The notes: a model not told the origin generated them from the sequence alone. A DNA stretch of 64,000 bases from the human T2T-CHM13v2.0 reference genome, Homo sapiens (GCA_009914755.4 CP068257.2:10336001-10400000), one strand, 5' to 3'. Shown: positions 15,656-34,597, counted from the stretch's first letter. Translations and numbers: made by a program.

Positions 15656-15745
15656 TTTTTTTTTTTTAAAGAGCAGTTTGGGTTTTATTTCTTTTCTTTA
15701 TGTTCATAGATTTATTTATTTATTTTATTTATTTACTTATTTATT
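15656..15745 (-). repeat. L1 3' tail: 12-nt poly-T (poly-A on the element strand), a ~45-nt non-L1 stretch, then a (TTTA)n-like run
   Basis: The sequence is tttttttttttt aaagagcagtttgggttttatttcttttctttatgttcataga tttatttatttattttatttatttacttatttat, immediately followed by the reverse complement of the L1 3'UTR. Degenerate (TAAA)n tails are common on L1 3' ends. Confidence 0.8.
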
Positions 15746-15950
15746 ATTATACTTTAAGTTTTAGGGTACATGTGCACAATGTGCAGGTTAGCTACATATG
15801 TTTACATGTGCCATGCTGGTGCGCTGCACCCACTAACTCATCATCTATCATTAGGTGTATATCCCAGTGGTATCCTTCACCCATCCCACCACCCCACAAC
15901 AGTCCCCAGAGTGTGATGTTCTGCTTCCTGTGTTTATGTGTTCTCATTGT

Positions 15951-19778
<3,828 letters not shown>

Positions 19779-19841
19779 TATGATGTTAGCTGGTTATTTT
19801 GTTCGTTAGTTGATGCAGGTTCTTCCTAGTCACGATGGCCT

Positions 19842-20855
19842 TTACATTTTGGCATGATTTTGCCACGGCTGGTACCGGTTGTTCTTCTCCATATTTAGTG
19901 CTTCCTTAAGGAGGTCCTTTTGGGCAGGCCTGGTGGTGACAAAATCTCTCAACATTTGCTTGTCTGTAAAGTATTTTATTTCTCCTTCACTTATGAAGCT
20001 TAGTTTGGCTGGATATGAAATTCTGGGTTGAAAATTATTTTCTTTAAGAATGTTGAATATTGGCCCCCACTCTCTTCTGGCTTGTAGAGTTTCTGCCGAG
20101 AGATCTGTTGTTAGTCTGATGGGCTTCCCTTTGAGGGTAACCCAACCTTTCTCTTTGGCTGCCCTTAACATTTTTTCCTTCATTTCAACTTTGGTGAATC
20201 TGACAATTATGTGTCTTGGAGTTGCTGTTCTCGAGGAGTATCTTTGTGGTGTTCTCTATATTTCCTGAATCTGAATGTTGGCCTGCCTTGCTAGATTGGG
20301 GAAGTTCTCCTGGATAATATCGTGCAGAGTGTTTTCCAACTTGGTTTCATTCCCCCCATCACTTTCAGGTACACCAATCAGACGTAGATTTGGTGTTTTC
20401 ACATAGTCCCATATTTCTTGGAGTCTTTACTTATTTCTTTTTATTCTTTTTTCTCTAAATTTCCTTTCTTGCTTCATTTCATCCACTTCATCTTCCATTG
20501 CTGATACTGTTTCTTCCAGTTGATCACATCAGCTCCTGAGGCTTCTGCATTCTTCACGTACTTCTTGAACTTTGGCTTTCAGCTCCATCAGCTCCTTTAA
20601 GCACTTCTCTGTGTTGATTATTCTAGTTATACATCCTTCTAAATTTTTTTCAATGTTTTCAACTTCTTTGCCTTTGGTTTGAATGTCCTCCTGTAACTCG
20701 GAGTAATTTGATCGTCTGGAGCCTTCTTCTCTCAGCTAGTCAAAGTCATTCTCCATCCAGCTTTGTTCCGTTGCTGGTGAGGAACTGCATTCCTTTGGAG
20801 GAGGAGAGGCGCTCTGCTTTTTAGATTTTCCAGTTTTTCTGTTTTGTTTTTTCCC
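19842..20855 (-). pseudogene. L1 ORF1 remnant; initiator ATG mutated (VGKKQNRKTG...), internal disruption
   Basis: The 20736-20957(-) translation contains ...VGKKQNRKTGKSKKQSASPPPKECSSSPATEQSWMENDFD, the ORF1p N-terminus with M changed to V. The 19842-20183(-) translation is the ORF1p C-terminus ending ...NHAKM. The span is 1014 nt, i.e. 338 codons, but it is not open. Confidence 0.88.
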
Positions 20856-21437
20856 CACCTTTGGGTTTTTATCTACTTTTGGTCTTTGATAATGGTGATG
20901 TACAGGTGGGATTTTGCTGTGGATGTCCTTTCTGTTTGTTAGTTTTCCTTCTAACAAACAGGACCCTCAGCTGCACGTCTGTAGGAGTACCTGGCCGTGT
21001 GAAGTGTCAGTCTGCCCCTGCTGGTTGGGTGCCTCCTAGTTAGGCTGCTCAGGGGTCAGGGGTCAGGGCCCCACTTGAGGAGGCAGTCTGCCCATGCTTA
21101 GATCTCCAGCTGCGTGCTGGGAGAACCACTGCTCTCTTGAAAGCTGTCAGACAGGGACATTTAAGTCTGCAGAGGTCACTGCTGTCTTTTTGTTTATCTG
21201 TGTCCTGCCCCCAGAGGTGGAGCCTACAGAGGCAGGCAGGCCTCCTTGAGCTGTGGTGGGCTCCACCCAGTTCGAGCTTCCCAGCTGCTTTGTTTACCTA
21301 AGCAAGCCTGGGCAATGGCAGGCGCCCCTCCCCTAGCCTCGCTGCCTCCTTGCAGTTTGATCTCAGACAGCTGTGCTAGCAATCAGTGAGACTCCATGGG
21401 CGTAGGAGCCTCTGAGCCAGGTGCGGGATATAATCTC
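20856..21437 (-). other. Partial L1 5'UTR; 5'-terminal ~330 bp including the YY1 site absent
   Basis: It aligns by eye with 49868-50440 of the second L1. The sequence corresponding to 50441-50774 of that copy is missing, and alpha satellite follows directly. Confidence 0.8.
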
Positions 21438-24400
21438 TTCACATAAAATCTAGACAGACACATTCTGACAAACATCTTTGTGATGTGTGCATTCACCTCA
21501 CAGAGTTGAACGTTACTTTTGATTGAGCAGTTTTGAAAAACTCTCTTTGTAGAATCCGCAAGTGGACATTTGGAGCTCTTTGAGGCCTATGGTGGATAAC
21601 GAAATATCTTCGTATAATAAAGAGAAAGAAGCATTCTGAGAAACTTCTTTGTGATGTGTGCACTCATCTCACAGAGTGGAACCTTACTTTTGATTTAGCA
21701 GTGTGGAAACACTCTTTTTCTAGAATCTGCAAGTGGACATTTGGAGCACTTTGAGGCCTATGGTAGAAAAGGAAATATCTTCACATAAAATATAGACAGA
21801 AGCAATCTTGGAAATTTCTTTGTGATGTGTGCATTCATCCCACAGAGTTAAACCTTTCTTTAGATTGAGCAGTTTTGAAACTCTCTTGTATTATCTACAA
21901 GTGGACTTTTTGAGTGCTTTGTGACCTATGGTGAAAAGGAATTAACTTTTCATATATTCTACAAGAAGCAATCTGAGAAACTTCTTTGTGATGTGTGCAT
22001 TCATCTCACAGAGTTAAACCTTTCTTTAGTTTGAGCAGTTTTGGAACAGTCTTTTTGTAGAATCTGCAAGTGGACACTTGTAGTGTTTTGAGGCCTATGG
22101 TAGAAAAGGAAGTATCTTCACATAAAAACTAGACAGAAGAATTCTGAGAAACTTCTTTGTGATGTGTGCATTCATCTCACAGAGTTGAACCTTTCTTTTG
22201 ATTGAGCAGTTTGGAAACACTCTTTTTGCAGAATCTGAAAGTGGACATTTGGAGAGCTTTGCAGCCTTTGGTGGAAAAGGAATTATCTTCACATAAAATC
22301 TAGACAGAAGAAATCTGAGAAACTTCTTTGTGACATGTGCATTCATCTCACAGAGTTAAGCATTTCTTTTGATTGAGCAGTTTTGAAACTCTCTTTTTGT
22401 AGAATCTGCAAGTGGACATTTGGAGCACTTGGGGTCTATGGCGGAGGAGGAAGTATCTTTACATAAAAACTAGACAGAAGAATTTTGTAAAATTTCTTTG
22501 TGAGGTGTGCATTCATCTCACAGAGCTGAAGCTTTCCTTTGATTATGCAGTTTGAAAGCACTCTTTTTGTAGAATCTGCAAGTGGACCTTGGAGTGATTT
22601 GAAGCCTGTGGTAGAACTGGAAATATCTGGACATAACATCGGGACAGAAGCCATCTGAGAAACTTCTTTGTGATGTGTGCTTTCATCTCACTGTGTTAAA
22701 CCTTTCTTTTGGTTGAGCAGTTTTGAAAATCTCTTTTTGTAGAATCTGCAAGTCGGCATTTGGAGCTCTTTGAGGCCTATGGTGGAAAAGGAAATATCTT
22801 CACATAAAAACTAAGTAGAAGCATTCCAAGAAACTTCTTTGTGAAGAGTGCGTTCATCTCCCAGATTGAACCTTTCTTTCGATGGAGCAGTTTTGAAGTA
22901 CTCTTTTGGTAGAATCTGCAACTGGACATTTCGAGTGCCTTGAGGACAATGGTGGAAAATGAAATATCTTCACATAAAAACATCGTCACATGAAAAACTC
23001 AGAAGAATTCTGAGACACTTCTTTGTGATGTGTGCATTCATCTCACAGAGTTGAAACTTTCTTTTGATTGAGCAGTTTGCAAATACTCTTTTTGTAGTAT
23101 CCGCAAATGGACATTTTGAGTGCTTTGCGGCCTATAGTAGAAAAGAAAATGTCATCACATAAAATCTAGACAGAAGCAATCTGAGAAACTTCTTTGTGAT
23201 GCGTGCATTCATCTCACAGAGTTAATCATTTCTTATGATAGAGCAGTTTTGAAGCTCTCTTTTTGTAGAATCTGCAAGTGAACATTTGGAGCGCTTTGAG
23301 GCCTATGGTGGAATAGGTAATATCTTCAGATAAAAACTAGACAGAAGTACTCTGACAAACTTCTTGGTGATTTGTGTGTTCATCTCACAGATTTGAAGCC
23401 TTCTTTGAGCAGTTTTGAAGCCCTCTTTTTGTAGAATCTCTAAGTGGACATTTGGAGCTCTTTGCAGCCTTAGGTAGAAAAGGAAATATCTTCACATAAA
23501 ATCCAGACAGAAGCAATCTGAAAATCTTCTCTCTGATGTGTGCATTCATCTCACAGAGTTAACCCTTTCTTTTGATTGAGCAGTTTTGAAACTCTCTTTT
23601 TTAGAATCTGCAAGTGGATATTTGGGGCGCTTTGAGGCCTATTGCGGAAAAGGAAATATCTTCACATAAATACTAGATAGAAGCATTCTGAGAAACTACT
23701 TTATGATGTGTCTATTCATCTCCCAGAGTTGAACATTTCTTTTGATGGACCAGTTTTGAAATACTCTTTTTGTAGAATCGGCAAGTGGACTTTTGGAGCA
23801 CCTTGAGGCTTAAGGAGGAAAATGAAATATCTTCACATAAAAACTAGACAGAAGAATTCTGAGAAACTTCTTTGTTATGTGTGAGTTCATCTCACAGAGT
23901 TGAAACTTTCTTTTGATTCAGCATTTTGGAACCACTCTTTTTGGAGAATCTGCACGTGGACATTTGGAGCTCTTTGCGGCCTATGGTAGAAAAGGAAATA
24001 TTTTCACATAAAATCAAGACTGAAGCAATCTGAGAAACTTCTTTGTGATGTTTGCATTCATCTCTCAGAGTTAAACCTTTTTTTCTGATAGACCAGTTTT
24101 GAAATACTCTTCTTATAGGATCTGCAAATGGACAATTCGAGTGCCTGGAGGCCTTTGGTGAAAAATGAATTATCTTTACATAAAAACTAGAGAGAAGAAT
24201 TCTGAGAAACTTCTTTGTGATATAAGCGTTCCTCTCACAGAGTTAAACCTTTCTGTTGATTGAGCTGTTTAGAAACACTCTTGTTGTAGAATCTACAAGA
24301 GGACATTTGAGTGCTTTGCGGCCTATGGTAGAAAAGGAAATATCTTCACATAAAATCTAGACAGAAGCAACCTGAGAAACTTCTTTGTGATGTGGGAATT

Positions 24401-27400
24401 CATCTCACAGAGTTAAAACTTTCTTTTGATTGAGCAGTTTTGAAACTCTCTTTTTGTAGAATCTTCAAGTGAACATTTGGAACGCTTTGAGGCCTACGGT
24501 GGAAAAGGAAATATCTTCACATACAATCTTGACAGAAGCAATCTGAGAAACTACTTTGTGATGTGTGCATTCACCTCACAGAATTAACCCTATCTTTTGA
24601 TTGAGTAGTTTTGAAACTCTCCTTTTGTAGAATCTGCAAGGGGACCTTAGGAGTGCTTTGAGGCCTATGGTGGAAAAGGAAATATATTAACATAAAAACT
24701 AGATTGAAGCATTCCAATAAAGTTCTTTGTGATGTGTGCATTCATCTCCCAGTGTTGAACCTTTCTTTTGATGGAAAAGTTTTGAAATACTCTTTTTGTA
24801 GAATCTGCAAGTAGACATTTGGAGTGCTTTGAGGTCTATGGTGGAAAGGGAAGTATCTTCACATAAAAACTAGACAAAAAAATTCTGGGAAACTACCTTG
24901 TGATGTGTGTGTTCATCTCACAGTTTTGAAACTTTCTTTTGATTGAGCAGTTTGGAAACACTCTTTTTGTGGAATCTGCAAGTGGACATTTGGAGCTCTT
25001 TGCAGAGTATAGCAGCAAAGGAAATAACTTCACATAAAATCTATGCAGAAGCAATATGAGAAATTCCTTTGTGATGTGTGCCTTCATCTTACAGAATTAA
25101 CTATTATTTTGATTGAGCAGTTTTGAAACTCTCTTTTTGTAGAATCTGCAAGTGGACATTTGGAGCGTTTTGAGTCCTATGGTGGAAAAGGAAGTATCTT
25201 CACATAAAAACTAGATAGAAGAATTCTGAGAAATTTCTTTGTGAAGTGTGTGTTCACCTCACACAGTTGAAACTTTCTTTTGATTGAGCAGTTTGGAAAC
25301 ACTCTTTTTAAAGAATCTGCAAGTGGACATTAGGAGCGCTTTATGGTCTATGGTAGAAAAGGAAATGTATTCACATAAAATCTAGACAGAAGCAATACGA
25401 GAAACTACTTTGTGATGTGTGCATTCATGTCACAGAGTTAAACCTTTGTTTTGATAGAGTAGTTTTGAAACTCTCTTTTTGTAGATTCTGCTAGTGGACA
25501 TTTGGAGCACTTTGAGGTCTATGGTGGAAAAGGAAATATCTTCACATGAAATCTAGACAGAAGCAATCTGAGAAACTTCTTTGTGATGTGTGCATTCATC
25601 TCACCGAGTTAATCCTTTCTTTCGATTGAGCAGTTCTGAAACACTTTTTTTATAAAATCTGCAAGTGGATATTTGTAATGCTTTCAGGCCTATGGTGGAA
25701 AAGCAAATATCTTCACATAAAAACTAGATAGAAGCATTCAGAGATACTTCTTTGTGATGTGTACATTCATCTCCAAGAGTTGAAACTTTCTTTTGAAGGA
25801 CCAGTTTTGGAATACTGTTTTTGTAGAATCTGCAAGTGGACATTTCGAGTACCTTGAGGCCTAAGGTGGAAAAGGAAATATCTTCACATAAAAACTAGAC
25901 AGAAGAATTCAGAGAAACTTCCTAGTGATGTGTGCATTCATTTCCCAGAGTTGAAACTTTGTTTTGATTGAACAGTTTGGAAATAGTCTTTTTCTACTAT
26001 CTGCAAGTGTATATTTGGAGCACTTTGTGGCCTGAGGTAGAAATGGAAATATCTTCACATAAAATCTAGACAGAAGCAACCTGAAAAACTTCTTTGTGAT
26101 TTTTGCATTCATCTCCAAAGTTAACCATTTCTTTTGATTGAGCACTTTTGAAACTCTCTTTTTGTGGAATATACAAGTGGACATTTGGAGCGCTTTGAGG
26201 ACTATGGTGGAAAAGGCAATATATTCACATAAAAACTAGAAAGAAGCATTCGTAGAAACTACATTGTGACGTGTAAATTCGTCTCCCACAGTTGAAACTT
26301 TCTTTTGATGGACCATTTTTGAAATACTCTCTTTGTAGAATCTGCAAGTGGACATTTGGAGTGCCTTGAGGCCTATTGGGGAAAATGAAATATCTTCACA
26401 TAAACACTAGACAGGAGAATTCTGAGAAACTTCTTTGTGGTGTGTGATTTCATCTCGCACAGTTGAACCTTTCTTTTGATTGAGCAGTTTGGAAGCACTC
26501 TTTTTGTAGAATCTGCAAGTGGACATTTGTAAACTTTGTGGCCTATGATAGAGAAGGAAATAACTTCACATAAAATCTAGACAGAGCAGTCTGAGAAAAT
26601 TATTTGTGATGTGTGCATTCATCTCACAGAGTGAAACCCTTCTTTTGATTGAGCAGCTTTAAAACTCTCTTTTTGTAGGATCTGCAAGTGGACTTTTGGA
26701 GAGCGTTGAGGCCTATGATGGAAAAGGAAATATCTTCACATAAAAAATACACAGAAGTATTCTGAGAAACTTCTTTGTGATGTGTGCTTTCACCTCACAG
26801 AGTTGAACATTTCTTTTGATTGAGCAGTTAAGAAACTCTCTTTTAGTTGAATCTGCAATTTGACTTTGGGAGTGCTGTGAGGCCTTAGGTGGAAAAGGAA
26901 ATATCTTCACATAAAAACTAGACAGAAGAATTCTGAGAAACTTCTTTGTGATGTGTGCATTCATTTCACAGAGTTAAACCTTCTTTTGATTGAGCAGTTT
27001 TGAAACACTCTTATTGTAGAATCTATGTGTGGCCATTTGGAGCGCTTTGCATCCTACGGTAGGAAAGGAAATATCTTCACATAAAATCTAGACAGAAGCA
27101 ATCTGAGAAAATTCTTTGTGATGTGTGCATTCATCTCACAGAGTAAAAGCTTTCTTTTGATTGAGCAGTTTTAAAACTCTCTTTTTGTAGAATCTGCAAG
27201 TGGACATTTGGAGCGCTTTGAGGCCTATGGTGGAAAATGAAATATCTTCACACAAAAACTAGACAGAAAAATTCTGAGAAACTTCTTTGTGATGTGTGCA
27301 TTTATCTCACAGAGTTAACCGTTTCTTTTGATTGAGAACTTTGGAAACTCTCTTTTTGCAGAACCTGCAAGTGGACATTTGGAGCGCTTTGAGGCTTATG

Positions 27401-30400
27401 GTGGAAAAGGAAATAGCTTCATGTAAAAACTAGATAGAAGCATTCTGAGAAACTTCTTTGTGATGTGTGCATTCATCTCCCAGAGTTGAGCCTTTCTCTT
27501 GATGGACCAGTTTTGAAATACTCTTTTTGTAGAATCTACAAGGGGACATTTCGATAGCCTTGGGGCCTCTGGTCCAAAAGGAAATATCTTCACATTAGAA
27601 CTAGACAGAAGAATTCTGAGAAACTTCTTTGTGATGTGTGAGTTCATCTCACAGAGTTAACCTTTCTTTTGATTGAGCAGTTTGGAAACACTGTTTTTGT
27701 AGAATCTACAGGTGGACATTTGGAGCAGTTTGCAAAGTATGGTAGAAAAGGAAATATCATTACATAAAATCTAGGCAGAAGAAATCTTAGAAACTGCTTT
27801 GTGAAGTGTGTGTTCATCTCACAGATATAAACCTTTCTTTTGATTGAGCAGCTTTGAAACTCTCTTTTTGTAGAATTTGCAAGTGGAAATTTTGATCATT
27901 TTGAGACCTATCACGGAAAAAGAAATGTCTTCACATAAAAACTAGACAGAAGTATTTTGAGAAACTTCTTGGTGATGCGAGCATTCATCTCTCAAATTTG
28001 AACCTTTCTTTTGATTGAGCAGTTTTGAAACATTCTTTTTGTAGAATCTGCAAGGGGACATTATAAGTGCTTCGGGTTCTATGGTAGAAAAGGAAATAAC
28101 TTCACATAAAATCTAGACAGAAGCAATCTGAGAAACTTTTTGTGATATGTGCATTCATCTCACAGAGTTAAACCTTCCTTTTGATTGAGCAGTTTTGGAA
28201 GTCTCTTTTAGTAGAATCTGCAAGTGGACATTTGGAGAGCTTTTAGGCCTATGGAAGAAAAGGAAATATCTTCACATAAAAAGTAGACAGAAGAATTCTG
28301 AGAAAATTCTTTGTGATGCCAGCGTTCATCTGACAGAGTTGAACCTTTCTTTTGATTGAGCAGATGGGAAACACTCTTTTTGTAGAATCTGCAAGTGAAC
28401 ATGTGGAGCGCTTTGCGGCCTATGGTAGAAAAGGAATTATCTTCACATAAAATCTAGACAGAAGCAATCTGAGAAAGCTTTTCTTATTGTGTGCATTCAT
28501 CTCACAGTGTTAAACATTTCTTTTGATTGAGCAGTTTTAAAACTCTCTTTTTATAAAATCTGCATGTGGACATTTGAAGCGCCTCGAGGCCCATGGTGCA
28601 AAGGAAAATATATTCACATAAAAACTAGATAGAAGCATTCTGAGCAACCTCTTGGTGATGTGTGCATTCATTTCCCAGAGTTGAACCTTTCTATTGATGG
28701 ACCAGTTTTGTAATAATCTTTTTGTAGAACTTGCAATTGGTCATTTGGAGTGCCTTGAGGCCTATTGTGGAAAATGAAATATCTTCACAACAAAACTGCA
28801 AAGAAGTATTCTGAGCAACTTCTATGCGATGTGTGTGTTCATCCCACAGAGCTGAACCATTTTTTAGATTGAGAAGTTTGGAAACTGTCTTTTTGTAGAA
28901 TCTGCAAGTGGACATTTGGAGCGCTTTGTCACCTACGGTAGAAAAAGGACTATCTTCACATAAAATCTAGACATAAGCAATCAGAGAAACTTCTTTGTGA
29001 TTTGTGCATTCACCTCAGAGAGTTAAACCTTTCTTTTGATTGAGGAGTTTGGAAACTCTCTTTTTGTGGATCTACAAGTGGACTTTTGGAGTGCTTTGGG
29101 GCCTATGGTAGAAAAGGAAATATCTTCACATAAAATCCAGACAGAAGCAACCTGAGAAGCTTGCTTGGATGTGTGCATTCATCTAAGAGAGTTAAACCTT
29201 TCTTTTGATTGAGGAGTTTTGAAACTCTCTCTTTGTAAAATCTGCAAGTGGCCATTTGGAGCACTTTGAGCCCTATGGTGAAAAACGAAATATCTTCACA
29301 TAAAAACTAGACAGAAGAATTCTGAGAAACTTCTTTGTGATGTGTGCGATCATCTCACAGAATTGAAACTTTCTTTTGATTGAGCAGCTTGGAAACACTC
29401 TTTTTGTAGAATCTGCAAGTGGACTTTTGGAACGCTTTGTGGCCCATGTTAGAAAAGGAAATATCTTCACATAAAATCTAGACAGAAGCAATCTGAGAAA
29501 CTCCTTTGTGATGTGTGCATTCATCTAACGGAGTTAAACCTTTCTTTTGGTTGAGCAGTTTTGAAAATCTCTTTTCATAGAATTTGCAAGTGGACATTTG
29601 GAGCACTTTGAGACCTGTGGTGGAAAAGGAAATATCTTCACATAAAAACTAGACAGAAGAATTCTGGGAAACTTCTTTGTGATGTGTGTGTTAATCTCAC
29701 AGAGTTGAACCTTTCTTTTGATTGAGCAGTTTGGAAAAACTCTTTTTCTAGAATCTGCAAATGAACATTTGGTGCGCTTTACAGCCAATGGTAAAAACGG
29801 AATATCTACACATCAAATTTAGAAAGAAGCAATCTGAGAAACTTCTTCGTGATGTGTGCATTCATCTCACAGAGTTAACCCTTTCTTTTGATTGAGAAGT
29901 TTTGAAACTCTCTTTTTGTAGAATCTGCAGGTGGACATTTGGAGCACTTTTAGGCCTATGGTAGAAGAGGAAATGTCTTCACATGAAAACTTGATAGAAG
30001 CATTCTGGCAAACTTCTTTGTGATATGTGCATTCATCTCCCAGAGCTGAAACATTCTTTCAAAGGACCAGTTTTGAAATACTCTTTTTATAGAATGTGCA
30101 AGTGGACATTTTGAGCGCCTTAAGGCCTATGTTTGAAAAGGAAATATCTTCACATAAAAACTACACAGAAGAATTCTGAGAAACTGCTTTGTGATGTGTG
30201 CATTCATCTCACAGAATTGAACCTTTCTTTTGATTCAGCAGTTTGGAAACACTCTTTATGTAGAATCGGCAAGTGGACATTTGGAGTGCTTTGTGGCCTA
30301 TGATAGAAAAGGAAATATTTTCACATAAAATCTAGACCGAAACAATCTGAGAAACTTCTTTGTAATGTGTGCATTCATCTCACAGAGTTAAGCCTCTCTT

Positions 30401-33400
30401 TTGATTGAGCACTTTAGAAACTCTCTTTTTGCAGAATCTGCAGGTGGACATTTGGAGCACTCTGAATCCTATGTTGGAAAAGGAAATGCCATCACATAAA
30501 AACTAAACAGAAGAATCCTAAGAAACTTCTTTGTGATGTGTGAGTTCATTTCACAGAGTTGAGTCTTTCTTTGGATTGAGCAGTTTGGAAATACTCTTTT
30601 TGTAGAATCTACAGGTGGACAATTAGAGCACTTTGTGTCCCATAGTAGAAAAGTAAATAACTTCACATAAAATCTAGACAAAAGCAATGTGAGAAACTTA
30701 CTTGTGATGTGTGCATTCATCTCAGAGTTAAACCTTTCTTTTGATTGATCAGTTTTGAAACTCTCTTTTTGTAGAATCTTCAAGTAAACAATCGGAGCGC
30801 TTTGAGGCCCATGGTGCAAAAGGAAATATCATCACATAAAAACTAGACAGAAGAATTCTGAGAAACTTCTTTGTGATGTGTGCATTCTTCTCACAGAGTT
30901 GAACCTTTCTTTTGATTGAGCAGTTTGGAAACACTCTTTTTGTAGAATCTGCAAGTGCACATTTGGAGAGCTATGCGGTCTATGGTAGAAAAGGAAATAT
31001 CTTCGCATAAAATCTAGACAGAAGTAGTCTGAGAATATTCTTTTTGATGTGTGCATTCTTCTCACGGAGTGAAACTTTTCCTTTGATTGAGCAGTTTCGA
31101 AACTCTCTTTTTGTAAAATCTGCAAGTGAACATTTGGAGTGCTTTGTGGCCTATGATAGAAAAGGAAATATTTTCACTTAAAATCTAGACAGAAGCAATC
31201 TGAGAAACTTCTTTGTGATGTTTGTATTCATCTTACATAGTTAAACCTTTCTTTTGATTGAGCAGTTTTGAAACTCTCTTTTTGTCGAATCTGTAAGAGG
31301 ACATTTGGAGTGCTTTCAGGCCTATGGTGAAAAAGGAAGTATCTTCTCATGAAAACTAGACAGAAGAATTCAGACAAACTTCTTTGTGATGTGTGCATTT
31401 ATCTCACAGACTTGAACCTTTCTTTTGATTGAGCAGTTTGAAACACTCTTTTTGTAGAATCTGCAAGTGGACATTTGGAGCACGTGGAGGCCTATAGTGG
31501 AAATGGAAATGTCTTCACACTAAAAACTAGACAGAAGAATTCTGAGAAACTTCTTTGTGATCTTTGCATTCATCTCACAGAGTTGAACCTTTCTTTTCAT
31601 TGAGCAGTTTGAAAACACTCTTTTTGTAGAATCGGCAAGTGGACATTTGGAACGCATTGCAGTCTATGATGGAAAAGGAAATATCTCCACATAAAATCTA
31701 GACAGAAGCAATCTGAGAAACTTCTTTGTGATGGGTGCATTCATCTCACAGAGTTAAAACTTTCTTTTGATTGAGCAGTTTTAAAATTCTCTTTTTATAG
31801 AATCTGTAAGTGGACATTTGGAGCGTTTTGCAGCTTATGGTAGGAAAGGAAATATCTTCATATAATATCTAGACAGAAGCAATCTGAGAAATTTCTTTTG
31901 ATTTGTGCATTCATCTCACAGATGTAAACCTTTGTTTTGATAGAGCAGTTTTGAAACTCTCTTTTTGTAGAATCTGTAAGTGGACATTTGGAGCGCTTTG
32001 AGCGATATGATGGAAAAGGTAATATCTTCACATAAAAACCAGACAGAAGTATTCTGACAAATTTCTTTGTGATGTGTGCATTCACCTCACAGAGTTGAAC
32101 CTTTCTCTGGATTGAACAGTTTGGAAACAATCTTTTTGTGGAATCTGCAAGTGTACATTTGTAGCGCTTTTCAGCCTATTAGTACAAAAGGAAATATCTT
32201 CACATAAAATCTAGAAAGAAGCAATCTGAGAAACTTCTTTGTGATGTGTGCATTCGCCTCATGGAGTTAAACCTTTCTTTTGATTGAGCAATTTTGAAAC
32301 TCTATTTTTGTAGAATCTGCAAGTGGACATTTTGAGCACTTTCAGGCCTGTGGAGGAAAAGAAAATATCTTCACAGAAAGACTAGACAGAAGAATTCTGT
32401 GAAACTTCTGTGTGATGCATGTGTTCATCTCATAGAGTTGAAACTTTCTTTTGATTAAGCAGTTTGGAAACACTCTTTCTAGAATCTGCAAGTGGACATT
32501 TGCAGCGCTTTGCCGCATGTGGTAGAAAAGGGAATATCATCACAAAAAATCTCGACAGAAGCAATATTAGAAACTTCTTTGTGATGTGTGCATTCTTCTC
32601 ACAGAGTTAACGCTTTCTTTTGATTGAACAATTTTGAAACTCTCTTTTTGTAGTATCTGCAATTGGACATTTGGGGCGCTTTGAGGCCTATTGTGGAGAA
32701 GGAGATATCTTCACATAAAAACTAGATAAAAGCATTCTGAGAAACTGCTTTGTGATGTGCACATTCATTTCCCACAGTTGAATATTTCCTTTGATTGACC
32801 AGTTTTGAAATACTGGTTTTGTAGAATCTGCAAGTGAACGTTTCCAGTTCCTTGAGGCCTGTTGTGGAAAACGAAATATCTTCACATAAACACTAGACAT
32901 AAGAATTCTGAGAAACTACTTTGTGATGTGTGCGTTCATCTCACAGAGTTGAACCTTTTTGTTGATTGAGCAGTTTGGAAACACTCTTTTTGTAGAATCT
33001 GCAAGTGGACATTTGGAGCGCTTTGTGACCTATGGTAGAAAAGGAAATATATTCACATAAAATCTAGACAGAAACAATCCGAGAAACTTCTTTGGATGTG
33101 TGCATTCATGTCACAGAGTTAAACATTTCTTTTGATTGAGCAGTTTTGAAAATCTCTTTGTAGAATCTGTAAGTGGACACTTGGAGGGCTTTGAGGCCAA
33201 TGGTGGAATAGGAAATATCTTCCCATCAATAGTAGACAGAAGAATTCTGAGAAACTTTTTTGTGATGTGTGCCTTCATCTTAAGGAGTTCAACCTTTCTT
33301 TTTATTGAGCAGTTTGGAAACACTCTTTTTGCAGAATCTGAAAGTGGACATTTGGAGAGCTTTGCAGCCTTTGGTGGAAAAGGAAATATCTTCACATGAA

Positions 33401-34597
33401 ATCTAGACAGAAGCAATCTGAGAAACTTATTTGTGATGTGTGAATTCATCTCACAGAGTTAAACATTTCTTTTGATTGTGCAGTTTTAAAACTCTCTTTT
33501 TGTAGTATCTGCAAGTGGACATTTGGAGAGCTTTGAGGCCTAAGGTGGAAAAGGAAATATCTTCACATAAAAACTTGACAGAAGAATTCTGAGAACCTTC
33601 TTTGTGATGTGTGTATTCATCTCACAGAGTTGAATATTTCTTTTGATTGGGCAGTTTGGAAACAATCTTTTTGTAGAATCTGCATGTGGACATTTGGAGC
33701 GATTTGAGGCCTATGGTAGAAAAGGAAATATCTTCACATAAAATCTAGACAGAAGCAATCTGAGAAACTTCTTTGTGATATGTGCATTCATTTCACAGAG
33801 TTAAACCTTTCTTTTGATTGAGCAGTTTTGAAACTCTATTTTTGTAGAATCTGCAAGTGTACCTTTTGAGCCCTTTGAGGCCTGTGGAGGAAAAGGAAAT
33901 ATCTTCACAGAAAAACTAGACAGAATAATTCTGAGAAACTTCTTTGTGATGCATGCAGTCATCTCACAGACTTGAACTTTTCTTTTGATTAAGCAGTTTG
34001 GAAACACTCTTTCTAGAATCTGCAAGTGGACATTTGGAGCGCTTTGCGGCCTGTGGTAGAAAAGGAAATATCTTCACAAAAAATCTCAACAGAAGTCGTC
34101 TGAGAAACACTCTTGTGATGTGTGCATTCATCTCACAGAGTTAATCCTTTCTTTTGACTGAGCATTTTTGAAATTCTCTTTTTGTAATATCTGCAAGTAG
34201 ACATTTGGAGCACTTTGAGGCCTATTGTGGAAAAGGAAATATCTTCACAGAAAAACTAGATAGAAGCATTCTGAGAAACTGCTTTGTGATGTTTACATTC
34301 ATTTCCCTGAGTTGAACCTTTGTTTTGATGGACCAGTTTTGAAATACTCTTTTGGTAGAATCTGCAAGTGGACATTTCCAGTGCCTGAGGCCTATGGTGG
34401 AAAATGAAATATCTTCACATAAAAATTAGACATAAGATTTCTGAGAAACTACTTTGTGATGTGTGCGTTCATCTCACAGAGTTGGATCTTTCTTTGATTG
34501 AGCTGCTTGGAAACACTCTTTTTGTAGAATCTGCAAGTGGACATTTGGAGTGTTTGTGGCCTATGCTAGAAAAGGAAATATATTCACATAAAATCTA
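21438..34597 (+). repeat. Alpha satellite, same dimeric HOR family as 8251-15655 but in inverted (consensus/plus) orientation; about 77 monomers
   Basis: Monomers read ...cattctgagaaacttctttgtgatgtgtgcattcatctcacagagttgaacctttcttttgattgagcagtttggaaacactc... alternating with ...aagcaatctgagaaacttctttgtgatgtgtgcattcatctcacagagttaaacctttcttttgattgagcagttttgaaactctc.... These are the reverse complements of the two monomer types in the flanking minus-strand dimeric arrays. Confidence 0.93.

Noticed and set aside
15668-15710. The non-L1, non-satellite 43-nt stretch inside the L1 #1 tail as a separate feature such as a small RNA or exon
   Set aside because: It is too short and embedded in a poly-A/(TAAA)n tail. 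It is best explained as tail heterogeneity or a short 3' transduction, which I note in the findings.
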